The notes under the pieces were generated by a model. It did not search any database, had not been told where the DNA came from, and was given only the letters and a program-made list of their open reading frames with translations. 64,000 bases of DNA. Origin: the human T2T-CHM13v2.0 reference genome, Homo sapiens. This document shows, in pieces, positions 13,669 to 27,343 of this stretch. The position numbers and the translations under genes are program-made. The stretch is from assembly GCF_009914755.1 (NCBI RefSeq), contig NC_060928.1. One strand, written 5' to 3'. Each line of letters opens with the position of its first letter. The stretch's first letter is position 1.

Positions 13669-14260
13669 AATAACCAAGATACATGTAGAAAAACTAAGAA
13701 ATTCACATTGGCACATTATTATTAGCTGAACTACTTCATTTGGATTTCATCGGTTTTTTCATTAATATCTTTTTTCTGTTCCAGAATGCATTCTAATCAT
13801 TTTCTGTTCCATATTGCATTTAATTCAACATTTTGATCTACACAAAAAGGCTATTTTACATGTACCTAATACTTTAGGAATCAAATTAGCAACTAAAGAA
13901 GAAAAGTCTTATTACAACATGGCCATTAGGTCCTAGGAAGAAGATTACCTTGGGGAACCGTCATCAACATGCATCCACTGCCAGTTTGAGAAGCTCATCT
14001 CATCTGGACTCTAGATACAGCCATAGGCTTCTGAATCTCTGTTGCTTGGCCTAGTGCAGCGTGTGGCATGAAGGAAGTGCCCAATAAACACATGCTGAAT
14101 ATCTACTGCTTGTCCGCAAATAAGAATTAAGTGCCTGGAAACCCAAACAGGGGCAGAAAAGCCACTTCCTGCCCAGAAATTGCTCTGTGATTAATTTCAT
14201 TGTTCATCTAGAACTAACACCATCTTGAAATACCGATGTTTGCATTAGTTTGCCAGGGCT

Positions 14261-14621
14261 TCCATAACAAGGTACCACACAGTGGGTGCTTAAACAATAG
14301 GAGTTTCTTCTCTCATAGTTCCAGAGGCTGCAAGTCCCAACTCAAAGTGCTGCCAGGGCTGGCTTCTTCTAAGACCACTCTTTTTAGCTTGAGGATGGCC
14401 TTCTGCTCCCTGTGCCCCACATACATCTCCCTCCTTGCAGGTCTGTCCAAATCTCTTCTTACAAGGACACCAGAGATCAGATTAGGGCTTACCCCAGTGA
14501 ACTCATTTTAACTTAATTACCTCTTTAAAGACCCTGTCTCAAAAAACAGTCACATTCTGAGACACTGGGGGTTAGGGATTCAACATACACATTTTGGGGG
14601 AATAGAACTCAGTCCGTAATA
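14261..14621 (-). mobile_element. MLT1B-type MaLR solo LTR
   Basis: ttagtttgccagggcttccataacaa...ctcattttaacttaattacctctttaaagaccctgtctc...cacattctgag. Confidence 0.8.
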
Positions 14622-15974
14622 ATGTTGAACACATCTGACGTTTAGGGGTCAAAAAGAAAAATCAGAAGAACTTTCCTGAATCCAGATATCATTCATCCCC
14701 AAAGGCTCGATCTGTTACCCTTTCTCCGGATTATTTTGAATGCTTTACTGCATGACTAGACCTATGTCAGTTGCTATCAGAGAGTGTTGCTTCCTTCCAT
14801 GTTAATGCAAGCCCCTCAGCAAGATTGGATCTCTAAAATGCCTTCAGCCAGCTTAGTACAATGCCGAAAAGCTCTAGAAGTTACTTTATGTATTTGTTTG
14901 ACTGACTACAGAAAAACACCCATCTCAGCAACTTATAAAGCAGAAGGAGAGGCATTAGGGGTAGTGTTGTCAGCAGGGCCAGGGGGCAGTGCATAAAGCC
15001 CTTTTATCAGTCAAATTCTGTGCTTCAGAGAACCTAGGTTGGTCCAAAGCACATTTTTCTAATTCATTCATGTCTGTGTGCGTGTACACGCGTGCGCACA
15101 CCAGAAATCATTATAATATTTTTAAAGTGTGTCTACAAGGCTGTGATCTTTGGAGACTTTCAAAAATGAAAACAATCACAGGGTGCAGACATTGCCTGAC
15201 AGGCAGGGGACTGAAAGCAAAATTAAATAATGAACAGGCCAAGGGCACTGGGGGCAGGAATCTGAAGTAGAAGCCTTCAGAGCAAGCACTTTGATAAAGA
15301 AAAGAAAGGCTACCGAAGGAAAAGCAATTAATGGGGAAGGGGCTGGTACTAAAATGAGCCCAGGGAAAGCTGCTGGGGACAGGAGGGAGGGCAGGGTGCA
15401 CTGGAGAGTGGTGGGGTGGTGGTGGGGGAACCAACGTGCTCGCCAGGCCGTCATTAGCCCAGAATTATCAGGCACCTGAAACAACAAGGTCAAGAATGTG
15501 ACCTGAACGATAGATGAAATATTTGTTTAGGAAGCCACATGCCGGGAGAAAGACTCAAAGAGTTAAACTGGGGTGCTTACCTTTTCTGATTGTAGAATTA
15601 AACAACAACAAAAATACAAGCAAAGCCTATAGATTCATTTTATTAATGTCCTGAAGAAAACTGATCAGATACTGAGTGTGGGGAGACAGCAGGCTCTGTC
15701 TGATCTCTCAGTGTAGGGACCAGAAGGGCAGGGGGAGGAACGCGGGCATAGACTGGGCCTCAGCCCCTCCCCAGCAGGGCCAGCAGCCTCGCCAACCAGG
15801 GCATCCGGATTCCAGGCCTCCTGGACAAAGGGCCCTTCCCCCCTTGTCAGCCTTCCTGTTCCCTGGGATTGTGTGGCCCAACCCTTTGATCAAACTAGGG
15901 TATTATGTCTACAGACAACTGCTTTAAATATCAAGGTTTCAGGGCTGGCTCTTGGGTCCCTCAGCTTCTCCATT

Positions 15975-15998
15975 AAAAAAAAAAAAAAAAAAAAAAAA
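15975..15998. repeat. Isolated A24 tract
   Basis: Direct reading. Confidence 0.95.
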
Positions 15999-17319
15999 GC
16001 AAGTATATGCCTGGGCTTTTTAGGATTTCTGTTTTCCACCTTAAAATAACCTGGTCTCTAACAGGGCTTTCCAAAGCTGTCCCAGCCCTTGGAAAATGTC
16101 AGAAGATGACCAGGTGGACGCATCATGAACAGAAATCGGCAGCTTAGTGTTTCTGCTGGTTGTGGCCTAAATGCTCTTTTACAATGGAAGGAGAATCTAC
16201 TCGTGGCCAATGTGAATTTCGAAAAAGTTGTACTTGAAGTAACGGACTGGGAGCCAGGATTCTAGGGTTCCAGACCTGGTTCTGCAGCACACTCTGAGTC
16301 TTTTAGTCATTTAGTCTCTCTGGATTAGAGTTTTCCCTTTTTACACAAAAAGGGATGTTTTTGGATGTTTAAACTTGCCAAGCTCTGATGCCAGATTTAA
16401 AAATCCTACAATTCTTTCACTGCTATGTATTCCCTAAAAAGAACGTTCTGCCTGACCCTGCAATAACCTAAGTACTATGTATTTCATCAGCTTCAAGAAA
16501 TAGTTAAATGGAAAGACGAAAATGAAAAACTGTCTCGGATGGTAACACCTTCTCCATAACTCACCAATTTAATAAGGAGCTGGAGTCTAACATGGCCAGA
16601 TCATAATACCTCTGGGTAACAGTTTTCTGATTTTACTTAGAGAAAATATAATAAAAATGCTATTCTAGATGGATCCATTTCTTTTGCCTCTTGCCCCATA
16701 AATCACTTCCCTTTCTAGTCAACAGAAAACCCCTCCCTCACAGTAGTAGCAAGAAAATTGAGGCAGGTGCAAGACAAGAGAAGTAGATCAAGTTGAGATC
16801 TATTGAAAATTGCAAAAGATTTGCCATAAAATTGTATTTAACAGAGCAAGAAATTCTGATGTATATCTGAAAGTAGCTTTGCTAAGTTATGATTGCGTTA
16901 GCCACATGTGGAAAAGTGCTGAGAATGTCTTATGATTATTATTGGTGACACATTTCCATGTCTTCTATTATCTGAACTCAATGGGATTACTCTTACTAGG
17001 TGTACTTATTGAATTTACATAGTGTAGGAGTTCACATTCTGAGGCTTTTCTTCTGGATTGTATGGAAGACGGTTCTGGACATCAGAATCCCAAGGTTTAT
17101 TTAATTCTTTTTCTGATCTTTGTTTTTACATTTTAAAACATGTTATGAGACCTTATCAATTTCTCAGCACTTCTATTGCCATAATACTTAGGATGAATTA
17201 GAGAGCTGCTTTGAGGTTTCTAAGGAGAGCCCTGTCACTGAGTCAGTCTCGACACAAGATCCTCATTTTGGTCTGCAAATCTCAGCCAGAATCAAGACTT
17301 CAGTCATTCTCCTGAGACA

Positions 17320-18570
17320 TCCATTTATGAGGCTGATGTCTAATCTCTGTCTGCTTCCATGCTCAATCTCTTTCTTGAGCCTACCTTATCATACCAAATT
17401 TGTTCACCTGGATGTTCTCAGGTATGCTAAATTCAAGTGCTTAAGACTAAATTTGTAATGTTTCCTCCAGAAAGCAACTTCCGTGACACCCTTCATTATA
17501 TCACTGCTATGGTTTGAATGTCTGTGACCCTCCAAAATTTGAGACCCAATGCAACAGTATCAGGAAATGGGGCCTTTAGGAGGCAGGTTATAGGGGCTCT
17601 ACCCTCAAGGATGGAATAAGTACCTCATATACCTTCTGCTATATGAGGACACAGCATTTGTCTCCTCCAGAGGACACAGCATTTGAGGTGTCATCTTGGA
17701 AGCAAAGACCAGGCTCTCACCAGACACCAAACATGCCAGCACCTTGATCTTGGACTTTCCAGCCTCTAGAACTCTGAGAAATACATCTCCATTGTTTATA
17801 CATTACTCAATCTAAAGCATTTTGTTACAGCAGCACAAACAGACTAAGATAATCAACAACAATAGTATTTTTCTGGTCACCAGATTTAAACCTCAGCATC
17901 ATCTCTATATAGTACCTCCCTCTTGCCTGCAGTTTGGTTACTGGGTCATGTCCATTCTTCCTGTGCAGTGTCTTTTTGATCTGTCCTTTCTGGCTGATGC
18001 TAGTTGCCATCAATCCCTGATCTTTCAGCTGCCATTTTCTGCCCAACCATCCCATAAATCACTTCCAGATGACTTTATTCACCCAACAATTATCTGATGA
18101 GTGCCTACTATGTTATTAAAAAAAAAAACCCAGTAGCACATTGAATGATATCTACAGATCAAGATGTAAACTCCTGAACCCATCACTCAGCCCTACACTG
18201 CTGTGGCTAAGCTTGATTGCCATTCACTCTTCTTATATACACCCTCTCTTCTCCAGACAAATAGTTTCACTGAGCTTCCTCTAACTACTTATAGCATTCC
18301 TCCTTCTTTAGATTTCCTGCCTGGAAATCCTTTCTTCTTCCTTCATTTGACATTAACCATTTTTCTTATGGTCGTTATTCCATTCACTCAATTCCTATGA
18401 CTCTGCCGTTCACTCTGTTTCCTTCGCATTTGGCACTTGCAAAAGTGTATTACTCTCTATATTTTCTATATCTTGTCACCTCAAGTGGACCATGAGCACT
18501 TCAAGAGAGAGGTAGAGTGTCCACCTTTGTGTCCTATCAGTCTAATTAAATAAATTGCAGGAAGGAAGGA
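17320..18570 (+). mobile_element. Highly decayed L2 fragments flanking the MST LTR
   Basis: cacctggatgttctcagg..., atgtaaactcctg..., and the L2 3' motif gaccatgagcacttcaagagag; weak similarity. Confidence 0.45.
17505..17851 (+). mobile_element. MSTD/MLT1A-type MaLR solo LTR
   Basis: tgctatggtttgaatg...catcttggaagc...ccttgatcttggactttccagcctctagaact...cagcagcacaaacagactaagata. Confidence 0.85.
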
Positions 18571-18619
18571 AAATGAACAATCATTGTCTACAGTAGATCA
18601 GAGACCTTTATACACTTTT

Positions 18620-19040
18620 TCCTTTCAATATCTCATTTAATGCTCTAAACCAAAAGGTAGCAAGCTATATCCCATGGGTCAGATCCAGCCTGTCTGGTTT
18701 TGTAAATAAAATGTATTGTAATAATGCCACACCTACTCATCTGCATGTTGTCCATGGCTGCTTTTGTGCTACAATGGCAGAGCTGAGTAGCTGTGACAGA
18801 GCCTATACAGCCAAGCAAAAACCAAAATATTTACTATCTGTTCCTTTAAGAAAAAGTTGGCGAATCCCTGGTCTAAGCAACTAGAAGAGGTGAGATCTTT
18901 TTCTTCTGCTTGTATAGGTGAACAAACAGAAGTTCAGAGAGTTTGGGTAAATTGCTCAAAGTCACACAGCTAATAAGGGACCCAGCAGAAATTTGAAGCT
19001 GGGTCTGTGTGATTCCAAAATCTGTAGGCTTTTCATTTGA
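18620..19040 (-). mobile_element. MIR SINE (split by MER58A)
   Basis: tatctcatttaatgctc ... aaacagaagttcagagag...ctcaaagtcacacagctaataag. Confidence 0.65.
18651..18870 (+). mobile_element. MER58A hAT-Charlie MITE inserted in a MIR
   Basis: ttttgtaaataaa...ggctgcttttgtgctacaatggcagagctgagtagctgtgacagag...aaaatatttactatct; degenerate 8-bp TSD ctctaaac / gtctaagc. Confidence 0.9.
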
Positions 19041-19469
19041 CCAAGGGATATAGTTGGCTATTGCTAATATTTGATGATAGCGAGGTTGTCATCTACATCC
19101 TATCCCTTGTATTTTTTTTTTTTTTACATTTTTGCAGGAAGTAATCCAGTGGCTAGGATTAACTGAGATTTTCCCAGCACATGTCAAATCCCTCTGAATG
19201 ACCATGCTGCTATAATTTTAGAAGACATTCTGTGTGACGTCACTCCACAGCAGTTATGACATGCTACACGAATGACCTCCAGAAGGGCATGGCTACCTTG
19301 AGAGCAAGCACTCTGTCTAGTATTCTCTTATACCCCTGAGCCTCCAGCATGGTCCTGGCATATAATAAACCTCCAACATATATATGTGCAGAATACTAGT
19401 TGTGGGAATGACTGTTATTTTGAGATAGAGAAATTATTTTCACGACTACCAGATTTCAGTAGGAATTAA

Positions 19470-19700
19470 ATGGGAAAGTTCCCTCTATGGAGTCACAGAC
19501 CACCTGGATTAAAATGCTGGTGCCATCACTTACCAGGGATGTTATCTCAGGCAAGTTACCTAATTTGTACACACTTTGCTGTTTTTTCCATAAAACAGGA
19601 ATAATGTTGTTATTTTGATATAATGAAATAAGACAAGTAAAGCACTTATAGCAATTCCTGGTACACAGTAAACAATCAACAAACATAAGTTATCATTGGC
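19470..19700 (+). mobile_element. MIR SINE
   Basis: ggagtcacagac...ccatcacttacc...ggcaagttacctaa...aaagcacttatagcaattcctggtacacagtaa. Confidence 0.7.
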
Positions 19701-21702
19701 TTAAGTAATTGCATCAAAGCTTAGAAAGGTGAATTCATTTTCAAGAGCCATAAAATCACATAAAGTGGGAAAGGCAGCAAAAACAAACAATAAGCAAGCA
19801 GAGGAAGAAGGAGACAAGAGAAAGAGGATGAAGAAGGCAAGAAAGTCCCTCCTTTGCTTCATCTCTGCAAAAGATTTCCAGAAAACATTCTTTATCAATA
19901 AATAAATGCACTCACGTTCTCAGGAATACATCCTGCTCTACCAGTGAAAATGAGAGGAAGGAAACTTCGACCAACAACAGTTTCAGAAGACAAGCCTCAA
20001 ATATTAGTAGAGAGGGGAATAAAAGAGCATGGAAAGCAGCACACTTCATCATATTAATTAATGCACATAATAGTCAGCAAAGCCAAAATTGGCCCCTCAC
20101 CGAGATTCGCATCATTACCCTAAAGTAATTAAACTGCTGCCAAGATCCCACATCACGCGAATCTGTTCTACCTGAAATAGCTACTAAAGTTGTAATCATG
20201 CCCCATTTGAAGTCTTGACTTCATGAATATGATTGAGAGCTTGTTGAATGAGGTAAAATTTGTCTAAGGCTTCGAGGGAGGAAAGAGAGAGACGTGCTGC
20301 TGATGGCAGGCATCAATCACTGGGTTACAAGCTCCAGTCCTTTCAGAAATCCAATACAGAATGAGTCCCTTATGGATTCCTGGACTATTTTAGAAAAGCT
20401 TGCATTAAGATGTGATTCCCATTGATTTCCTGTTCTCTTTCTGCTTTGTTTAGGTTCAACTATAGAAGTTCATACTCTATCTAAAGTGTTGTTTAAAAGA
20501 TGAAAAGAAAGGATGGTGGGGACAACTTCTCTGACTCTGGATTTCTTTTTCCTATAGGTTTTCTTTTTCCCCTGGAATATCAAATTATCCTTTCTGCTCA
20601 TGTTTTACCCATTAGTAACTTGGTTTTATATATATTTGAAATGATTTCCAATGACTTAAAAACAGAAGTTCATGTTTTATCCAGTTTTATAAAATTCAAC
20701 TCTTAGAGTTGGGAAGCCCATTTATTCTCTAAAATGGATCAGGAATATTTTGGAGAAGGCTACCAGCAAAAGGAAATGAGATTTGCCAATATGGCCGCTA
20801 CTCTGCTGGTGTGATATGAGTCTGCACAACAGATCTCGGGGAGCCCCAGAGGGAGGGCAGAGGTGTGGTGCCTGGCTGCCCACATGCTCTTCCTCAGAAA
20901 TTGCTCTCACGGGTTTCTTCTAGATAAGTCACTGTCTTTGTATAGTGAGACCCTACTTCTCTAAGCACCCCAGATTGGACCTAGTATGGGTGCTTCAGTC
21001 AAAGACAGACAGAAGCAGGTTAGAGTTAAGGAAGTCTTGTGGCCCATGAGGTATCTGGCCTTAGAACTGTTATCAGTAAGGGTGTTCCATGTTGGATGTT
21101 GGATGTCGACCAATAGATGTTAGGAAGAACAAAAGCAAAAACACTAGGGCTCAGAAACATAGATTCAGAATTAACAGGCACCTTGGCATGAGCAGGGGTA
21201 GCTCCCTCAGAGACAGATAGGAGTCAATGTAAAGAATGCAAGAGTCCCTGGAGTCAACAGCAATGGTTCTCATGAGATCATGTTCTTTACTATAACTATT
21301 GTTTGAAATATACTTCACAATGCCTCCTTGCTCCCTGGAGCAGTTTTCTTAGTAGGCTGTGGGGGTGTTTGATGGTAGTGGTGACAGGCTGTGCACTTTA
21401 CTAAGAATTAAAGCAATTTCTATGAAAGTGCCTGGTACTTGTTCTGGTCAACTGTCTATAACCAATGGACAAAGACAAGTTCATAGAATTTGGAGGAACC
21501 ACAGCACTTCCCTTTCATTTCTGATCAGCTTGGCTAGTCTCTTAGCATAATCCTGAAGAAATGGTGCCAAATTGGTGGACAGTTTGAAGGGACAACCATG
21601 TTGAAAAGTGCTGTGCATCAATTTCAGTAAGGAAAAGCAGGAAAGGTGGGACACAGTGGGTTTCCCGGGCAGCATGTCCTTGGAACCTGAGGGGTAAGAT
21701 GA

Positions 21703-22040
21703 TGTTATAGACTGAATGTGCTCTAACCTCATGCAGTTTAGAATGTGACTATATTTAAAGGCAGGGCCTTTAAAGTGGTGATTAAGTTAAAATGAAGCCA
21801 TTAAAGAGGGTCCTAATCCAATATGTGTCCTTATAAGGAGACGAAATTTGGACACACAAAGAGAAACAAGGAATGCACACACACAGAGGATATGGCAGCC
21901 ACTTGCAAGCCGAGGAGAGAGGTCTCGGAAGAAACCAAACCTTGGACTTCCAACCTCCAGAATTATAAGAAATAAACTTCTGTTGTTTAAGCCACCCAGT
22001 GTGTGGTATTTTGTTACAGCAGCCCTGGCTGACTAATACA
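21703..22040 (+). mobile_element. MLT1B-type MaLR solo LTR
   Basis: tgttatagactgaatgtg...aaataaacttctgttgtttaagccaccc...gactaataca; TSD gatga / gatgg. Confidence 0.85.
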
Positions 22041-22677
22041 GATGGCATACAGAAAGACTCACTCTCTAAGGAGTTTGGTGTGTATAAGATCCAACTGTAG
22101 TGAACTTGTGTCATTTAGATACATGTTAGGGCATGGTGGGAGGGGAGGGTGTTTGCATTTGAGTACCCAGTGCCTGCAGGTGGTGAGGTGGACACTATAT
22201 ACACTCACATTCAACCCTCACAACAGGCTGGTGAAGTGACTTACCCTCCCTTTGTAGATGAAGAAACTGAGGCTTAGCAAGGAAAGAATCACGCCTGAGT
22301 TTGCCAGAGAGTGGTCAGGAGTTTCTGGCTCCAAGGCAGACACCAAGTAGTCTCTCAGGAGTCCCCTGACAGGAAGGAAGAGTCTGGTCAAAGTCAGATT
22401 CCAGATGGCTGGTGCAGAGGCCTATGCAGAATTACCAAGGCCAAGAAATATCAAAGGCTGGTTAGTGCAACAAGGCAAAATGGTTTGGTCCCTGAACTTT
22501 GGAATATAATCATGGCTCTGTCACCTACCAGCTGGAAGACCTTGGGTGCCATATCTTATTAAGCCTCCATTCCTTTACCTGTGAAATTGTAACACCTCTT
22601 AAAGTACCATGTTCGGACTTCATAGGATTGTTGAGAAAATTAGATGCATCAATACATTTAAAATACTCTTCGCACTG

Positions 22678-23142
22678 TGTATTTAGTCAGTGTTCTTCAG
22701 AGGTACAGAACCAATAGGCTGCATATCTGTATAGAAAGAGATTTATTTTAAGGAATTGGCTCATGTGCTTGTGGATGCCTGGTGAGTACAAAATCTCATA
22801 GACGAAGCCAGCAGGCTGGAGACTCGAGAAAGAGCTGTAGTCAAGTCCAGGAACAGTTTACTGCAGAACCAGGAAGAGCCGATGCTGCAGATGAAGTCTG
22901 AAGGCAGTCTGTTGGAGAATCCTTCTTGCTCAAGAAAGATCTGCTTTTTGTTCTTTTCAGGCTTTCAACTGATTGGATGAGGACACCCACATTATGGAGA
23001 ATGATCTGCTTTATTCAAAATCGAAAGATTTAAGTATAAATTTCATCCAAGAGCCCCCTCACAAAAACATCCAGAATAATGTTTGACCATATATTTGTGG
23101 ACAGTGGCCCAGCCAAAGTAACACATAAAATTAACCATCACA
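22678..23142 (-). mobile_element. MLT2 (ERVL) solo LTR inserted in a MIR (MIR pieces ~22510-22677 and 23143-23180)
   Basis: agtcagtgttcttcagag...aaggaattggctca...caactgattggatgagg...acacataaaattaaccatcaca. Confidence 0.85.
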
Positions 23143-23458
23143 CCATGTGTGGCACTTAGTAAGATCTCAGTAAATGCTCACTTCATCATTTCTATCAAAG
23201 TATCAAATGATTATGATTACATTATCATTCTTTTTTTTTTTTTTACTTTAAGTTCTGGGATACATGTGCAGAACGTGCAGGTTTGTTACATAGGTATACA
23301 TGTGCCATGGTTTGCTGCACCGATCAACCCATCATTTAGGTTTTAAGCCCTGCATGCATTAGGTGTTTGTCCTAATGCTCTCCCTCCCCTTACCCCTCAA
23401 CCCCTGATAGGCTCCAGTGTATGATGTTCCCCTCTCTGTGCCCATGTGTTCTCATTGT

Positions 23459-26400
23459 TCAGCTCCTACTTATGAGTGAGAACGTGTGGTGTTTGGTTTT
23501 CAGCTCCTGTGTTAGTTTGCTGAGAACGATGGCATCCTGCTTCATCCATGTCCCTCCAGAGGACATGAACTCATTCTTTTTTATGGCTGCATAGTATTCC
23601 ATGGTGTATAGGTACCACATTTTCTTTATCCAGTCTATCATTGATGGGCATTTGAGTTGGTTCCAAGTCTTTGTTATTGTAAATAGTGCTGCAATAAATA
23701 TATGTGTGCATGTGTCTTTATAGTGGAATGATTTATAATCCTTTCGGTATATACCCAGTAATAGGATTGCTGGGTCAAATGGTATTTCTGGTTCTAGATC
23801 CTGGAGGAATCACCACACTGTCTTCCACAATGGTTGAACTAATTTATACTCCCACCAACAATGTAAAAGAGTTCCTATTTCTCCACATCCTTGCCAGCAT
23901 CTGCTGTTTCCTGACTTTTTAATGATTACTGTTCTAACTGTTGTGAGATGGTATCTCATTGTGGTTTTGATTTGCATTTCTCTAATGACCAGTGATGATG
24001 AGCTTTTTTTCATGTGTTTGTTGTCCTCATAAATGTCTTCTTTAGAGAAGTGTCTGTTCATATCCTTTGCCCATTTATTGATGGAGTTGTTTTTTTCTTG
24101 TAAATTTGTTTAAGTTCCTTGTAGATTCTGGATATTAGATCTTTGTCGGATAGGTAGATTGCAAAAATTTTCTCCCATTCTGTAGGTTGCCTGTTCACTC
24201 TGACAGTTTCTTTTGCTACGCAGAAGCTATTTAGCTTGATTAGATCCCATTTGTCAATTTTGGCCTTTGTTGCAATTGCTTTTTGTGTTTTAGTCATGAA
24301 GTCTTTGCCCATGCCTATGTCCTGAGTGGTATTGCCTAGGTTTTCTTCTAGGGTTTTTATGGTTTTGGGTTTTACATGTAAGTCTTTAATCCATCTTGAG
24401 TTAATTTGTGTATAAGGTGTAAGGAAGGGGTCAAGTTTCTGTTTTCTGCATATGGCTAGCCAGTTTTCCCAGCACCATTTATTAAATAGGGAATCCTTTC
24501 CTTATTGCTTGTTTTTGTCAGTTTTGTCGAAGATTAGATGGTTGTAGATGTGTGGTGTTATTTCTGAGGCCTCTATTCTGTTCCATTGGTCTATATATCT
24601 GTTTTGGTACCAGTACCATGCTGTTTTGGTTACTATAGCCTTGTTGTATAGTTTGAAGTCAGGTAGCATGATGCCTCCAGCTTTGTTCTGTTTGCTTAGT
24701 ATTGTCTTGGATATTCGGGCTCATTTTTGGTTCCAAATGAGATTTAAAGTAGTTTTTTTTCTAATTCCGCAAAGAAAGTCAATGGTAGCTTGATGGGGAT
24801 AGCCTTGAATCTATAAATTACTTTGGGCAGTATGGCCATTTTCACGATATTGATTCTTCCTATGCATGAGCATGGAATTTTTTTCCATTTGTTTGTGTCC
24901 TCTCTTATTTCCTTGAGCAGTGGTTTGTAGTTATCCTTGAAGGGGTCCTTCACATTCCTTGCAAGTTGTATTCCTAGGTATTTTATTCTCTTTGCAGCAA
25001 GTGTGAATGGGAGCTCACTCATGATTTGGCTCTATGCTTGTCTATTGTTGGTGTATAGGAACGCTTGTGATTTTTGCACATGGATTTTATATCCCGAGGT
25101 TTTGCTGAAGTTGCTTATCAGCTTAAGGAATTTTTGGGCTGAGATGATGGGGTTTTCTAAATATACAATCATGTCATCTGCAAACAGAGACAATTTGACT
25201 TCTTCTCTTCCTATTTGAATATACTTTATTTTTTCCTCTTGCCTGATTACCCTGGCCAGAACTTCCAATCCAATGCTGAATAGGAGTTGTGAGAAAGGCA
25301 TCCTTGTCATATGCCGGTTTTCAAAGGGAATGCTTCCAGCTTTTGCCCATTCAGTATGATATTGGCTATGGGTTTGTCATAAATAGCTCTTATTATTCTG
25401 AGATATGTTCCATCAATACCTAGTTTATTGAGAGTTTTTAGCATGAAGGGATGTTGAATTTTATTGAAGACCTTTTCTGCATCTATTGAGATAATCAGGT
25501 GGTTTTTGTCATTGGTTCTGTTTATGTGATGGATCATGTTTATTGATTTGTGTATGTTGAAACAGCCTTGCATCCCAGGGATGAAACCAACTGGATCGTG
25601 GTGGATAAGCTTTTTGATGTGCTACTGGATTCAGTTTGCCAGTATTTTATTGAGGATTTTTGCATTGATGTTCATGAGGGATATTGGCCTGAAATTTTCT
25701 TTCTTTGTTGTGCCTCTGCCAGGCTTTGGTATCAGGAGGATGCTGGCGTCATAAAATGAGTTAGGGAGGATTCCTTCTTTTTCTATTGTTTGGAATAGTT
25801 TCAGAAGGAATGGTACCAGCTCCAATTTGTACCTCTGGTAGAATTTGGCTGTGAATCCGTCTGGTCCTGGGCTTTTTTTGGTTGGTAGGCTATTAATTAC
25901 TGCCTCAATGTCAGAACTTGTTATTGGTCTATTTGGGTATTTAACTTCTTCCTGGTTTAGTCTTGGAAGGGTGTATGTGTCCAGGAATTTATCCATTTCT
26001 TCTAGATTTTCTAGTTTATTTGTGTAGAGGTGTTTATAGTATTATCTGGTGGTAGTTTGTATTTCTGTGGCATCAGTGGTGATATCCCCTTTATCATTTT
26101 TTATTGTGTCTATTTGATTCTTCTCTCTTTTCTTCTTTATTAGTCTAGCTAGTGGTCTACCTATTTTGTTGATCTTTTCAAAAAACCAACTCCTGGATTC
26201 ATTGAGTTTTTGAAGGTTTTTCATGCCTCTGTCTCCTTCAGTTCTGCTCTGATCTTAGTTATTTCTTGTCTTCTGCTAGCTTTTGATTGAATTTGTTTGC
26301 TCTTGCTTCTCTAGTTATTTTAATTGTGATGTTAGGGTGTTGATTTTAGATGTTTCCACCTTTCTGATGTGGGCATTTAGTGCTATAAATTTCCCTCTGC

Positions 26401-27280
26401 ACACTGATTTAGCTGTGTCCCAGAGATTCTGGTACATCATCTCTTTGTTCTCACTGGTTTCAAAGAACTTCTTTATTTCTGCCTTAATTTCATTATTTAC
26501 CCAGTAGTCACTCAGGAGCAGGTTATTCAATTTCCATGTAGTTGTGCAGTTTTGAGTAAGTTTCTTAATCCTGAGCTCTAATTTGATTGCACTGTGGTCT
26601 GAGAGACTGTTTGTTATGATTTCTGTTCTTTTGCATTTGCTGAGGAGTGTTTTACTTCCAATTATGTGGTTGATTTTAGAATGATTGCTATGTGGCACTG
26701 AGAAGAATGTACGTTCTCTTGATTTGGGATGGAGAGTTCTGTAGATGTCTATTAGGTCCACTTGGTCCAGAGCTGAGTTCAAGTCCTGAATACCCTTGTT
26801 AATATTCTGTCTCATTAATCTGTCTAACATTGACAGTGAGGTGTTAAAGTCTCCCACTATTATTGAGTGGGAGTCTAAGTGTCTTTGTAGGTCTCTAATA
26901 ACTTGTTTTATGAATCTGGGTGCTCCTGTATTGGGCGCATATATATTTAGGAGAGTTAGCTCTTCTCGTTGCATGGATCCCTTTACCATTATGTAATGCC
27001 CTTCTTTTGTTTTTTATCTTTGTTGGTTTAAAGTCTGTCTTTTCAGAGACTAGGAGTGCAATCCCTGATTATTTTTCTTTCCATTTGCTTGATAAATATT
27101 CCTCCATCCCTTTATTTTGAGGCTATGTGTGTCTTTGCACATGAGATGGGTCTCCTGAAAACAGCACACTAATGCGTCTTGACTCTTTATCCAATTTGCG
27201 AGTCTGTGTTCTTTAATTGGGTCATTTAACCCATTTACATTTAAGCTTAATATTATTATGTGTGAATTTGATCCTGTCAT
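23459..27280 (-). pseudogene. L1 ORF2 remnant (EN/RT), many stops and frameshifts
   Basis: Fragments MTGSNSH..., GDFN, SDH, PGPDGF, LFADD, WEKIFA in different frames. Confidence 0.9.
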
Positions 27281-27343
27281 CATGATGCTAGCTGATTATT
27301 TTGCACATTAGTTGATGCAGTTTCTTCACAGTGTCATTGGTCT

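Noticed and set aside
17645-17685. Direct repeat gaggacacagcatttg x2
   Set aside because: Lies within the MST LTR, whose consensus has a similar internal repeat as I recall.
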